A stretch of DNA of 64,000 bases from Candidatus Latescibacterota bacterium (GTDB taxonomy: Bacteria > Latescibacterota > UBA2968 > UBA8231), in the NCBI GenBank assembly GCA_965208105.1, contig OZ242318.1, positions 2,560,001 through 2,624,000 on the forward strand. The letters are read 5' to 3'. The notes beneath the pieces are model-generated. The model was not told the DNA's origin. It saw only the letters and a program-made list of their open reading frames with translations, and searched no databases. This document shows positions 38,582 to 51,828 of the stretch, piece by piece. A program made the translations under genes and the position numbers. How positions within the stretch are numbered: the first letter of the stretch is position 1; every line of letters starts with the position of its first letter.

Positions 38582-39361
38582 TCACCCCTCCAGAAGGCCC
38601 CGGCTGGCAACCGTGGGGCACCAGAATTTTTCGATGTACTCCACCACCAGCCTGGTGCCTTCCGCGTGGCTGACGTATGGAGGCCGGGCCGGATTGTACA
38701 TGGCGTCGGTCAGGTCGCGCACCAGCGCTACCCGCTTCCCCCACCTCACCATCTGCTTGATGGCAAACGAGCGCTCCAGGACGCACATATTGGTGTGCAC
38801 CCCCATGATGAGGACATTCTCAGCCCCGCGCTCGGCCATGAAGCTGTATACCTGGCGCCCGTCGTCCGAGATTCCGTCGCGCTCCTGGTCGATGTAAATG
38901 CCCGGATGCTGCCGATGCCAGGCCTGGCGCCGCTCGTCCCCATCGGTATCCGAGCCATGGTCCGAGGCGTCCACGGGCAGCGGCGGATCAGGCCGCTCAG
39001 CTTCCGCCGGAGGCTCGGCCGCGGCCGCGTCCACCATGCGCCGGCGCGCCGGGGTCCCTTCGTAGAATCCCATGGTGGCCGAAGGAGCGTGGACCACGTG
39101 CACCCCGCGCCTCCTGAGGGATCGGGCCAGCAGGTCCATGCGCCCCGCCATTGCGTCCAGGCGGGCACTCGCCCCTCTGCTCCAATGCCTGTCCCAGACG
39201 TCGCAAAGCAGCAGGATGGTTGCATCGCATTGCCATTGCCGTCTTTCGATGACCGGGCGCCAGTAGTTGTGCCCGCCCTCGTCCCGATCGAGCACCTGTG
39301 ACCTCAGATTCAGAGTCAGCAGGTCGCCCACCGCTGGTCCCCGCTCAGGTCCCGCGCTCAC
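38582..39361 (-). CDS. Isochorismatase-like cysteine hydrolase
   Basis: LLCDVWDRHW, VVHAPS, GVHTNMCVL, VRDLTDAMY. GTGA overlap with the hflX stop. Confidence 0.82.
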   Translation of the reverse strand: MSAGPERGPAVGDLLTLNLRSQVLDRDEGGHNYWRPVIERRQWQCDATILLLCDVWDRHWSRGASARLDAMAGRMDLLARSLRRRGVHVVHAPSATMGFYEGTPARRRMVDAAAAEPPAEAERPDPPLPVDASDHGSDTDGDERRQAWHRQHPGIYIDQERDGISDDGRQVYSFMAERGAENVLIMGVHTNMCVLERSFAIKQMVRWGKRVALVRDLTDAMYNPARPPYVSHAEGTRLVVEYIEKFWCPTVASRGLLEG

Positions 39362-40668
39362 GGTCGAGCCCTGCGGACATCCGGGGCGAAGCGGTGCAGT
39401 TGCCAGCGGTCCACCCACGTTCTGTCCAGGCGCAGGCGCAGGAGGACCTCGTCGTTGTGGAAGTCCTGTTCCAGTACTTCGCCCTTGGCCCGCAGCCGGG
39501 AAAGCAAGCGGCCCTCCTGTTGTGGAATCTTCAGATCCAGAGTGATTGAATTCCTCATCAGGATCTCTTCTATCTTCTCCTTCAGGGTGTCCATGCCGAA
39601 TCCAGTGAGAGCGGAAACGGCGACGGCCTCGTCGGAGCGCCTCGCCGAACCATGCAATGCTTCACCACCGTGCACCTGGTCGATTTTGTTGTAGACGAGG
39701 AGAGTTGAGTCCGCCTTGAACTGCAGGTCCCTGAGAACTTTTTCGACCGTTTCGACCTGGGAGGCGTAGTGCGGGTGGCTGAGGTCCACCACGTGGAGCA
39801 GGAGATCGGCCTCCGCCGCTTCCTCGAGGGTAGCCCGAAAGGAAGCGAAGAGGTGGTGCGGCAGGCGCCTGATGAAGCCGACGGTGTCGGTGAGGAGGAT
39901 CTTGGAACGATTCAACCGCACGGTGCGGGTGGTGGAGTCGAGGGTGGCGAAAAGCTGGTCCTGGACCAGCACCGCGGTTCCGGAAAGAGCGCGCATGAGG
40001 CTGGACTTGCCGGCGTTGGTATATCCGACCAGGGCGACCTTGAACTGGTCCCGGCGACTCTTGCGGCCGGTGGCCATCTGGGTTCCGATGCGGTCGAGCT
40101 TGGCCTTGAGGCTGCGGATGCGGTTGCGGATCATGCGCCGGTCGATCTCCAGCTGGGTCTCGCCGGGGCCGCGGACGCCCGCCGCGCCCATGCCGCGAAT
40201 GGCCCCACCTCCCGCCTGCCGCGAGAGGTGGGTCCACATCCGGGTCAGACGCGGCAGCAGGTAGGTGAGCTGGGCCAGCTCGACCTGAACCTGCGCCGTG
40301 TGGGTGCGCGCGTGGAGGGCGAATATGTCGAGGATCAGGCCGCTGCGGTCGAGGGTGCGCACGCCGGTGAGCTCTTCGATGTTGCGCATCTGAGCCGGGG
40401 ACAGGTCGTTGTCGAAAATGATCAGGTCGGCGCCGCAGCGGCGTGCCAGAGATTTGAGCTCGGACGCCTTGCCTCTGCCGATGTAGAATGCCGGATGGAT
40501 TTCCTCTCGGGACTGGATCACGCGCTCGCCTGGACGCAGGGTGGCGGTGGCGGCCAGGCGGGCAAGCTCATCGAGAGAATCCTGCGCTTCCCATAAGGGA
40601 ATGTGGGGCAGAGCCATTCCGACGAGCAGGGCGCATTGCCGTTGCCGGGAACCGGAATCTACCTCCAA
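39358..40668 (-). CDS. hflX: GTPase HflX
   Basis: IGRGK, LSPAQMRN, GPGETQLEIDRR, GYTNAGKSS, LFATLD, DTVGF, NKID. Start estimated at TTG 40668. Confidence 0.95.
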   Translation of the reverse strand: MEVDSGSRQRQCALLVGMALPHIPLWEAQDSLDELARLAATATLRPGERVIQSREEIHPAFYIGRGKASELKSLARRCGADLIIFDNDLSPAQMRNIEELTGVRTLDRSGLILDIFALHARTHTAQVQVELAQLTYLLPRLTRMWTHLSRQAGGGAIRGMGAAGVRGPGETQLEIDRRMIRNRIRSLKAKLDRIGTQMATGRKSRRDQFKVALVGYTNAGKSSLMRALSGTAVLVQDQLFATLDSTTRTVRLNRSKILLTDTVGFIRRLPHHLFASFRATLEEAAEADLLLHVVDLSHPHYASQVETVEKVLRDLQFKADSTLLVYNKIDQVHGGEALHGSARRSDEAVAVSALTGFGMDTLKEKIEEILMRNSITLDLKIPQQEGRLLSRLRAKGEVLEQDFHNDEVLLRLRLDRTWVDRWQLHRFAPDVRRARP

Positions 40669-40719
40669 ATACCCTCTCCTTTGAGAGCGGAAACGCAGAG
40701 TGAAGACCTTTACGCGGAC

Positions 40720-40748
40720 AATATTGCACCTATCTTTGCACCTGTCAA
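40720..40748 (-). promoter_or_regulatory. hflX promoter containing a TTGCACCT direct repeat
   Basis: TTGACA-17-AATATT on the minus strand. TTGCACCT at 40724-40731 and 40736-40743. Confidence 0.55.
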
Positions 40749-40776
40749 GAAAAACTCCTCCCAGGGAGAGCCCGGC

Positions 40777-43175
<2,399 letters not shown>

Positions 43176-43179
<4 letters not shown>

Positions 43180-45794
43180 GCTCGGGGATGAATCTGGCAG
43201 GTGAACTTGCGCGCCGCCGTGCCCACAGTAAAGACGAGCCGCTCAGGGCCGTCCTCGGCGATTTCTGGGCGCGGCAGATCGGCAGGCTGCGCCAGGAGCA
43301 CGCCGATGGAGCCGGGGGAACGGAAACCGCCCGCGCCATCGCCGCGGCGGTGGACGCGGTGGTCCTGGAGGCCTACGCCGACGCACTGCAGCAGGGCCGT
43401 GAGGAGGGACATTCACTTGTGGCGCTGGGCGGATACGGGCGCCAGAAGATGTCCCCCCATTCCGACATCGATCTCCTCTTTCTCTTCGCCCGGGAAAAGC
43501 AAAAGGATCCCGCCTTCATATCCGGTGTGTTGCACCCGCTCTGGGACGTGGGCTTCGACCTGGGGCACAGCAGCCGCACCGTGGCCGAGGCGGTCCGGCT
43601 TCTGCGTGACGACCTGGAATCCTGCACCGCGATGATGGACGGCCGCTTCCTGGCCGGCGACCGGGGCCTGTTCGAAGAGTTCCAGGAACGCCTCTACAAG
43701 CGCATGCCCAGGAGCATGGTGGCGACGCTGCAGAAGATGTGCCGGACTCGCTCGAGGAGAAATGGCACGGTGCAGTTGCTCGAACCCAACGTCAAGGAGA
43801 GCCCGGGCGGGCTGCGCGACATCCACGCCCTGGAATGGGCCCTGAAAGCCCACTCGCGGCAGCCCGGGGTTGATTCCCTGTGGTCACGCCACCTGGACGA
43901 GCAGGACGTCAAGACCCTGGAACGGGGGCGCGGGTTTCTGTGGTGGGTGCGTCACGAGCTTCACTTCAATGTCGGCCGCCGGCGCGACGTTCTCGGACAC
44001 GAGCTCAAACCCGAGATCGCCCACGGCCTGGGTTACGAAGACCGCGGCCAGGAGCTTGCTGCCGAGGGCTTCATGCGCGACTACTACCTCCACGCCCGCG
44101 CGGTCCACCACCTTGTCGAACTGGCCTTCGAACGGCTGACCAGCAGGCGGCGGGTCAGCCACCGCAGCGTTCTGCTGGAGCCTGGTGCGATGGCGGTAGA
44201 CGGCGAAATCGTGCTGCCCCGGGGCAAGCGTTATTTCGCCGACAAACCCTTGCGGCTGCTTTCCATCTTTCACCTGGCACAGGTCAAGAAACTGCGCCTC
44301 AGCGAGGAGGTCCAGCGCACCATCGGCGCCTCCCTGCACCTGGTCGACGACGAGCTGCGCCGGTCGGCCGAGGCGCGCGACATCTTCATGCGCATCCTCA
44401 GGCGCAAATTCCGCACGGCCGCTACCCTGCGCCGCATGCACGACCTCGGCGTCCTGGGCGCCTATCTTCCCGAATTCGGCTCCCTGACCTGCCTGGTCCA
44501 GTACGACATCTACCACCTGTACACCGCCGACGAACACACCCTGGTGGCGTTGGATAACCTCGAGGCCCTGGCCCACGCGGACAAGCCGAGCAACCTGAAG
44601 CAGGTCTTCTCCGATCTGGAACGCCGGGACCTGCTCTTTCTCTCGCTGCTCCTGCACGACATCGGCAAGTCCAGGCGCCAGGACCACATCGTCTGCGGCA
44701 TCGAGATGGCCACCCAACTGCTGGAGCGCCTGAATCTTCCCGACGAGGACCGCCGCTTCGTGCTCTTCATGGTCGAGCACCACCAGGACATGGTGGTCAT
44801 CGCCCAGCGCCGCGACCTGGACGACTACAAAATGATCGCCGAGTTCGCCAGGCTCTTCGCCAGCATGGAATGGCTCAAGGCGCTCTACCTGCTTTCCTAT
44901 GCCGACCTCTCGGCAGTGGTCAGCGACGCCTGGACGGACTGGCAGGGGGCACTGCTCTGGGAGCTCTACTACAAGACCTCGGAGCAGTTTCAATCGGGCA
45001 TGAAGACCTTCGAGGACAAGCAGCACGCCCGCCAGCTGCTGGACCAGTACCTGAAGAGACTCAGGGGCGTCTGGCCCGCCCTCAAGATCGCCGCCTTCCA
45101 GGAGCACGTTGAGCAACTGCCGCCGCACTATCTGCTGGCCTACGAGCAGGACCAGGTCGAGCTCCACCAGTCCCTGCTCGAGCGCTTGGGCGACAAGAAC
45201 GTGGAGGTCGAGTTCATCGAGCATCCCGGCCACACCGAGATCCTGGTCTGCAGCCGGGACCAGAGACAGTTGCTGGCCAAGATCTGCGGGTCCCTGGCCG
45301 TCAACGACATCAACATTCTGCGCGCCGACGTACACACCCGGGACGACGACATGGTGCTGGACATCTTCCAGGTCACCGACGTGGACGGAAGCCCGGTGCT
45401 GCCCGACTGGAAGAAGGCGCGGGTGCGGGAGCGCCTCGAGGAGGTGGTCACCCTGCGCCTGAAAGCGCGCGAGCTCCTCGAGCGCTACAGCGTGCAATGG
45501 GACCGGCGCAAGCACAAGACGCAGAAGCGGACGCCGGAGGTGGGCATCGAGAACCAGGTTTCGGACCGCTATACGGTGATCGACGTCAGCATGCCAGACG
45601 AGGTCGGACTCCTCTACAAAATCACCCACGCCCTGGCGGAACTGGACCTCGACATCCACATGGCCATCATCAACACCGTGGCCAGGCGCGCCGCCGACTC
45701 CTTCTACGTGGTGGACGACCAGGGCCGCAAGATCGTCAACTACGAGGTCCTCGAGGACGTCCGCCAGAGCCTGATCGAAAAGCTGGGCGCCTGA
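43176..45794 (+). CDS. glnD: [Protein-PII] uridylyltransferase
   Basis: ALGGYGR..SPHSDIDL, EPNVKESPGGLRD, HLYTADEH, LHDIGK and two C-terminal ACT domains. Confidence 0.96.
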
Positions 45795-45813
45795 ACCCCG
45801 GTTGACCCCGCCT

Positions 45814-46986
45814 ATGTTCACCGCCACCAGGGACAAAATACTGCCCACCGCGATCGTGGGTTCCTATCCCCGGCCCCAATGGTACGGGGAGAATCTGCGC
45901 GGCCGTCCCTTCAAGGTGGCGCTTGCCGACGCGGTTTTCCGCGAGCAGTACATCGATGCCGTCGGCGCCATCCTCAGGGACCAGGAGCGCGCCGGCTTGG
46001 ATATTCTGACCGACGGCGACGCCCGCTTCGACACGGACGTCGGCGGGCGGTCTTGGTTCTTCTATCCCCTGGAGCGGATGGAGGGGATCGAGGGGCATCG
46101 CGACTCGTCGCCCGGGTGGTCGCGGCGCCTCGACCTGCGCCCCGGACAGATTCTGTGGGAGGTGCAGGAAGCCTACCAGGCTCCGGCGGCGGTGGACAAG
46201 CTGGGACGCGGGCCCCTGGAGTACGCCGCGGTGTGGCAGACCGCCCAGCGCCTGAGCGGGCGCCCGGTAAAGTTCGGCTCGGTCAGCGCCCAGACCCTTT
46301 CGAGCATGCTGTGGAACGAGGCCTACGGCGACGAGCGCGAGATGATCGAGGACCTGGCGGCCATCGTCAATGCGGAACTGCGCGAGGTGGCGGCGGCGGG
46401 ATGCCAGGTGATTCAGGTGGAGGAACCGCAGCACCACCTTCGCGCCCTGGACCCGGCCGCCAGGGGGGAGGATCTGGCCTTTCTGACCCGGGCATTCAAC
46501 CGCGAGGTGGAAGGAGTGGAGGCGGAGATCTGGGCCCACACCTGCTGGGGCAATCCCAATCAGCAGGCCCTGTTCTGGGAGCGGCCCAGCTACGAGAAAG
46601 CCCTGCCCCACCTGTCCGAGCTCGACGCCGACGTGATCACCTTCGAGTGCGCCAGCACCGGGGGTAAGGACCTGCACCTCTTCGAACAACTTCCCCCCGA
46701 CAAGAAGATCGCCATCGGCGCCGTGAGCCACACGAACACGGTGGTGGAGCCGGCGGAGGTCGTGGCGGACCTGATCCGCAAGGCCCTGCGCCACGTCGCC
46801 CCCGAGCGCCTGATCGTCACCACGGACTGCGGCTTCGGCCGCGAGGGACTGTCGCGGCGCATCGCCTTTTACAAGTGCGTCGCCCTGGTGGAAGGCACCA
46901 ACATGGTCCGCAGAGAACTGGGGTTGCCCGCCGCCGAAGTCCGGGCCTCGGATGCGGAGCTTGCCTTCGTCCGGGGCGACCGGTAG
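45814..46986 (+). CDS. Cobalamin-independent methionine synthase II family (single-barrel MetE-like)
   Basis: VGSYPRP, QERAGLDILTDGD, and Zn ligands in HTCWGN, FECAS and TDCGFG. Confidence 0.9.
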   Translation: MFTATRDKILPTAIVGSYPRPQWYGENLRGRPFKVALADAVFREQYIDAVGAILRDQERAGLDILTDGDARFDTDVGGRSWFFYPLERMEGIEGHRDSSPGWSRRLDLRPGQILWEVQEAYQAPAAVDKLGRGPLEYAAVWQTAQRLSGRPVKFGSVSAQTLSSMLWNEAYGDEREMIEDLAAIVNAELREVAAAGCQVIQVEEPQHHLRALDPAARGEDLAFLTRAFNREVEGVEAEIWAHTCWGNPNQQALFWERPSYEKALPHLSELDADVITFECASTGGKDLHLFEQLPPDKKIAIGAVSHTNTVVEPAEVVADLIRKALRHVAPERLIVTTDCGFGREGLSRRIAFYKCVALVEGTNMVRRELGLPAAEVRASDAELAFVRGDR

Positions 46987-47002
46987 AAACCGCGGTCCTC
47001 CA

Positions 47003-48235
47003 GTGGACGCCACCTACCTGAACACACTGCGCCGCTTCCCCGCCAATGTCCGCTTCTATCTGATCAGCGCCGCCCTGTGCGGGTTCACCGTTTCCAGCAG
47101 CGGCATCTTCGGGGTCCTCCCCAACATCTATCTGCTGCGCCTGGGCTACGGTCCTGAATTCATCGGCATCGTCGGCGCCGCCGGAGCCATGGGATTCGCC
47201 GCCTGCAGCCTGCCCGCGGTGGCCCTGGGAAGACGGTGGGGCAGCCGGCGGGCGATGCTCTCCGGCCTCGTCCTGATGATCACCTTCAGCGCCCTGTTCT
47301 GCAGCGTCCAATGGGTGCCGACGGCCATCCACGACGAGTGGCTGGTTGGAACCCGCCTGCTCAGATCCCTCGGTTTCGCTCTCTACATGATCAACGCCAC
47401 TCCCTTTCTGATGGCCTCCGCCGGTCCGGCCGACCGCACCTTCGTTTTCTCCCTGCAGGCCTCACTGGTGCCCCTGACCGGATTCGCGGGAAGTTTGAGC
47501 GGAGGCTTCATACCCGGGATATTTTCGGACTTCCTTCAAATTCCCCTGGACAGTCCCGCACCCTTCAGCTATACCCTTCTGCTTGCCAGCGCCCTGCTCG
47601 CTCCCGCCCTGCCGGCCCTGCTGGCCACCCGCGAGGTGGAGGTGGAGCCGAAGCAGGAGACCAAATCCGAAGCGGAACCCGCGCCCTATGCGCGGATCGC
47701 CGCCGTAATGCTGATCGCCTTCCTCCAGGTGGCGGGAGCTTCGGTGGTGGTGACCTTCTTCAACGTCTACATGGACGCCGAGTTGAACGAGTCCACCGGC
47801 CTCATCGGAACCCTGATCGGGACGGCGCAGCTGGTGGGTGGAGTAGCTGCCCTCTCCACTCCCTTCCTGGCGGCGCGCTGGGGCCACAAGCGCGTCATCA
47901 TGCGGACGTCCCTGGGCATCTCCCTGAGTCTGGTGCTCCTGGCCCTGGTTCCGCACTGGAGCGCCGCCGGATTGGCTTACGTAAGCATCGTCTCCCTCAC
48001 CATGATCCGCTTCGCCGCCTTCTCGGTCTTCCACCAGGAGCTGGTGGCGGCGCCATGGCGCCGGACCATGGCCGGGGTTTACGCCATGGCGGGAGGATTG
48101 GGCTACGCCGCCAGCTCGCTGGGTGGCGGATTCATCATCACCTCTATGGGGTACGAGAAATTCTTCCTGTCGGGATTGGGACTGGCCCTGGCGGGCGCCC
48201 TGCTCTTCCGCATCTACTTTCGCAGGCCGCGGTGA
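47003..48235 (+). CDS. MFS transporter
   Basis: About 12 hydrophobic helices, NIYLLRLGY, GRRWGSRR loop motif. Confidence 0.9.
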   Translation: MDATYLNTLRRFPANVRFYLISAALCGFTVSSSGIFGVLPNIYLLRLGYGPEFIGIVGAAGAMGFAACSLPAVALGRRWGSRRAMLSGLVLMITFSALFCSVQWVPTAIHDEWLVGTRLLRSLGFALYMINATPFLMASAGPADRTFVFSLQASLVPLTGFAGSLSGGFIPGIFSDFLQIPLDSPAPFSYTLLLASALLAPALPALLATREVEVEPKQETKSEAEPAPYARIAAVMLIAFLQVAGASVVVTFFNVYMDAELNESTGLIGTLIGTAQLVGGVAALSTPFLAARWGHKRVIMRTSLGISLSLVLLALVPHWSAAGLAYVSIVSLTMIRFAAFSVFHQELVAAPWRRTMAGVYAMAGGLGYAASSLGGGFIITSMGYEKFFLSGLGLALAGALLFRIYFRRPR

Positions 48236-50659
48236 TTACTGCGGCTGGGGAAGCGCCGGGGAAAGCTGGTAAGCAGCGCCTGCCGCAGTCTCGAAGGAAA
48301 CAATTCCATCTGAACCATTCCTAATCTCGACCTCCGCACCGTCCTCGCCTACAACCCTCACACCTTCGGGCCAGGGGGAAGCGACGCGGCATCCGCCGCC
48401 GCACTCGCTGAGAATGACAGCGGACTCCACCTGGCCGCGGCGCCACGAGGCGCTGACCAGGAACGCCCCTTCGGCGCGCAAGGTCCTGAAGCTGCAGGCC
48501 AGATCCCGGGGCCAGGAGGGGAACAGGCGGATGGCCCCGTCCCAGCTCTGCAGCATCATCTCCTGCAGGGGTCCCAGAATCCCGGTGCTCTCCAGGTAGG
48601 CCCCCATGAAGCCGCTGTTGCCGGCGGCCATGGACTGCAGCACCCCGTTGGGCATCCTCCAGCGCCGCAGGCTCGCGCGCACCGCGTCGAGGTCGCGCTC
48701 GGGGTCGTAGACCCGGTTGCGCAGGTGGATCATCAGGCACCAGGGAAACTGGCCGAAGTATTCGAGCCACAGGGCGTTGGAGCGGGACGGGTCGAGAAAG
48801 GCGGGCACCGTTCCCGGGCGCGGAATGCTGCCGCTGTCCCACGAGGTGAACTCGGGGGGATTGAGTCTGTAGCGCCGCTTTTCCTCGGCGCTGAAACCCA
48901 ACTCGTCGAGGTCGTCGACGGCCACGAGGTGGTCGAGGCGCTCCAACCACTGGCTCCGCAGGTCCTCGTCCAGACCCAGGAGCTCGGCGGCCTCGGCGGC
49001 GCACTGGAGGCAGTAGCGCGCGTGGCGCACCACCTGGGGCTGGTCGGTGTAGTCCTCGGGCCGGCCGGTGAAGGCGTACTCGCCCTGGCCGGAGGGGAAG
49101 GCGTGGTAGAAGCCGTCGTCCCCTTTCTCGAGAAAATCCAGGTAGAACAGGGCGCAGTCGCGCATCACCGGATAACCCTCGGTGCGCAGCCAGCCGAGGT
49201 CCCGGGTGTAGAGATAGCGCCACCAGTAGTGGTTGGCTATCCACCCGGTCATGTAGGCCAGGCGGCAGAGGCCTCCGCTGCCGTACGGGTCCCCCTCGGT
49301 CTCGAAGGGATAGCCCACCAGGTGAATGTAGGTGCCGCGGCAGTTCCAGTAGTCGCGGGCGAGTTTGCGCCCGAGCTCAACCATGTACTTCATCCCCGGA
49401 AAGAAGGCGCCGGCCAGGTCGGGGTGGTTGGCGGCGTAGTCGCCCCAGAAGGGGGACTGGTAGTTGTAGTTGGTGTGGTAGTCGCCGTGCCACAGGGAAT
49501 AGTCCCGCACCGTGCTGGGCAGCGCCAGGCCCGGGGCGATCACATCGGGGCGGTTGGTGCAGCGGCGCACGTGCAGGGTCTCGTACCAGGTATTCTCCAG
49601 CAGTGCATCGTCGATGGCCACCGAAGAGCGATTCCAGAAGGCGGCCGCCGCGGCCTCGCTGTCCCGCTCCCACTGCCGCATGACCGCGGCGGGGTCCCCT
49701 TCCAGGAGCCGGGAGACCCTGCCCAGCTCCGCTTCCATGCCGCCGGGGTCGGTGCTGGCGGGGACCGCCACCGCCAGCCAGCCGTCCTCCACGTCCTCGT
49801 CCGAGTAGAGGTGAAGGCAGGCCTCGTTCCTTGCGGGGACGTCCACCGGTTCGCCCTGCAGGCCGGTCGCGAAAGGGGCGAGGGCGTAGCGAAAACCTTC
49901 GGCAAAGCGCAGGTCCGGATAGAAGGTCTGCTCGACCACCGCCCGTCCCTCGATCCGGCGCACGGCCGGCGGCGGCAACGAGGTGGCTTCTCCCGCCTCG
50001 AGGACGCCCTCGAAATAGCGCATGTGGGAGCGGGCGAAGAGCTCGGCGGCGAAATCCTCGATCCCGGGATCGGCCCAGCGGTAGAGCGAGAACCACACCG
50101 GAGGGCGGCGCCCGGTGGCGCTGCGGTCGGTCCAGTTCTCCACCTCCCAGTGAAGCGCCAGGACGTTGGGGGACGGGGGGACGAAACACCCGCAGCGGAC
50201 CCTGACCCCTTCCTCCCAGGTGATTTCCACCTCCACCCGGCCTTCTTCGATGTGGAGACGCTGGCGGACCCGCTGGCCGCGCTGGTCCACCGGCAGGTGC
50301 ATGGCCAGCTCGCCCACCGGCTTGGGGCAGGGATATGGACGCCGGGCGTAGGCCGGCCAGCCGTCGCACAGCTCCTTCATCCGGCGCGGGTCGGCGCTGC
50401 CCCTGGTGGCCTCGCCGCGGCCCTCGACGTACGAGTGGCTTACCCAGCCCTCGTCGCGGATGCCGCGGGCGATTTCGTCGATGTGAGCCGCGGGGGGGCA
50501 GGCGTCGAGATCGAGGCGGCGGTCCCAGACGTCGTTCTTGCCGAAGCGCCACACGAGCCGTCCCGGCTTCTGGTAGATGCTCACCGACAGGTCCCCGTTG
50601 CCGAGGAGAAGCCCTTCATCCGGCTCGAGAACCGGATGATCCAGTTCGATAGTGTGCAT
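48236..50659 (-). CDS. Glycoside hydrolase family 95-like protein, no signal peptide
   Basis: GLLLGNGDL, WHGDYHTNYNYQ (GH95-like), YPVMRDCALFY, EMMLQSWDGAIRLFP..W, LRAEGAFLVSA. AAGGA SD. Confidence 0.8.
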   Translation of the reverse strand: MHTIELDHPVLEPDEGLLLGNGDLSVSIYQKPGRLVWRFGKNDVWDRRLDLDACPPAAHIDEIARGIRDEGWVSHSYVEGRGEATRGSADPRRMKELCDGWPAYARRPYPCPKPVGELAMHLPVDQRGQRVRQRLHIEEGRVEVEITWEEGVRVRCGCFVPPSPNVLALHWEVENWTDRSATGRRPPVWFSLYRWADPGIEDFAAELFARSHMRYFEGVLEAGEATSLPPPAVRRIEGRAVVEQTFYPDLRFAEGFRYALAPFATGLQGEPVDVPARNEACLHLYSDEDVEDGWLAVAVPASTDPGGMEAELGRVSRLLEGDPAAVMRQWERDSEAAAAAFWNRSSVAIDDALLENTWYETLHVRRCTNRPDVIAPGLALPSTVRDYSLWHGDYHTNYNYQSPFWGDYAANHPDLAGAFFPGMKYMVELGRKLARDYWNCRGTYIHLVGYPFETEGDPYGSGGLCRLAYMTGWIANHYWWRYLYTRDLGWLRTEGYPVMRDCALFYLDFLEKGDDGFYHAFPSGQGEYAFTGRPEDYTDQPQVVRHARYCLQCAAEAAELLGLDEDLRSQWLERLDHLVAVDDLDELGFSAEEKRRYRLNPPEFTSWDSGSIPRPGTVPAFLDPSRSNALWLEYFGQFPWCLMIHLRNRVYDPERDLDAVRASLRRWRMPNGVLQSMAAGNSGFMGAYLESTGILGPLQEMMLQSWDGAIRLFPSWPRDLACSFRTLRAEGAFLVSASWRRGQVESAVILSECGGGCRVASPWPEGVRVVGEDGAEVEIRNGSDGIVSFETAAGAAYQLSPALPQPQ

Positions 50660-50670
50660 GGTATTCCTTC

Positions 50671-51669
50671 CTATCCGTCCAGGTACAGGCCAAGCCCGGA
50701 GGAAACCTCGTCGAGACGCCGGCGCAGCGAATCCTCCAGGGTCCACCCGATGCAGCCGACCACGTCGTCAAGGTGCTCGACCCTGTCGCTGCCGGAAATG
50801 GCCGTGGTGACCTCGGGGTGGGACAGGACCCAGGCAAGGGCGAGCTGCGCCGGTGTCCTGCCCGCCTCGGCGGCGAGATCGTGGAGGGTGGAGACGACCT
50901 CGGAGACCTGCCCCTGCATGGTGGCGGCGAAGCGCTCCTTCCTGTGCCCCACGGCGGACCACAGGGACCCTGGAGGGGCCGGAGCGTCCGCCCTGTAGGC
51001 CCCGCTCAGAAGACCAATGGCCAGGGGGCTGTAGGCCATCACCCCCAGGCCCCGGTCGCGCACCAGGCCGAACATCTCCTCCTCGATGCGGCGATTCAGC
51101 AGGCTGTAGGGATTCTGCACGCAGATGTAGGGCGCGGCATTGGCATCCTCGGCGATCCACAGTGCCTTGCAGACCTGCCAGGCGGCGTAGTTGCAGCAGC
51201 CCGGGTAGCGGACCTTGCCGCTGCGCACCAGGTCGTCCAGGGCCCGGACCGTTTCCTCAAGCGGAGTGGAGGGATCGAAGTCGTGCATCAGGTAGACGTC
51301 GATGTGGTCGGTGTCGAGACGCCTGAGGGAGCGCTCCACCTCGCGCATGAGGTGGAACCGCGAAACCCCCTGGTCGTTGGGGCCGCTGCCGATGGGACCG
51401 GCCGCCTTGGTGGTGATCACCACCTCGTCGCGCCTGCCCTTGAGCGCCCTGCCCAGAATCGTCTCCGAGTGCCCCACCCAGGGTCCGTCCTCGCCCGTGG
51501 GACCGTAGATGTTGGCGCAGTCGATCAGGTTTATCCCCAGGTCCAGGGCGTGCTCTATGACTCGCTGCGCCTCGGCCTCGTCCTTCTGCCCCCTGAAACC
51601 CAGGCCGAAGGCCAGGCGGCTGACCTTCACCCCGGCGCTTCCGAAGTTGACGTACTCCATGGTCTTCAT
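50671..51669 (-). CDS. Aldo/keto reductase
   Basis: GINLIDCANIY, ITTK, SLRRLDTDHIDVYLMH, QNPYSLL, YSPLAIG. Confidence 0.95.
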   Translation of the reverse strand: MKTMEYVNFGSAGVKVSRLAFGLGFRGQKDEAEAQRVIEHALDLGINLIDCANIYGPTGEDGPWVGHSETILGRALKGRRDEVVITTKAAGPIGSGPNDQGVSRFHLMREVERSLRRLDTDHIDVYLMHDFDPSTPLEETVRALDDLVRSGKVRYPGCCNYAAWQVCKALWIAEDANAAPYICVQNPYSLLNRRIEEEMFGLVRDRGLGVMAYSPLAIGLLSGAYRADAPAPPGSLWSAVGHRKERFAATMQGQVSEVVSTLHDLAAEAGRTPAQLALAWVLSHPEVTTAISGSDRVEHLDDVVGCIGWTLEDSLRRRLDEVSSGLGLYLDG

Positions 51670-51707
51670 TGCCTTCCGCTTCGTGGTGGTCCATCCTGCT
51701 GTTCCAA

Positions 51708-51778
51708 ATTCTATATCTCCACAGGTGAGACTGCAAGCTGCCGGGGCAGTTGAATCCCGCGCCAGGCTGAGTTAACTT
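51708..51778. promoter_or_regulatory. Back-to-back divergent sigma70-like promoters
   Basis: Minus strand TTGCAG-17-TAGAAT (51736-51708). Plus strand TTGAAT-17-TAACTT (51750-51778). Confidence 0.55.
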
Positions 51779-51828
51779 TAGATTCTTTTTGACGCCGCGG
51801 CGACTCGGAGCTGGAAAGGAGTACACAA

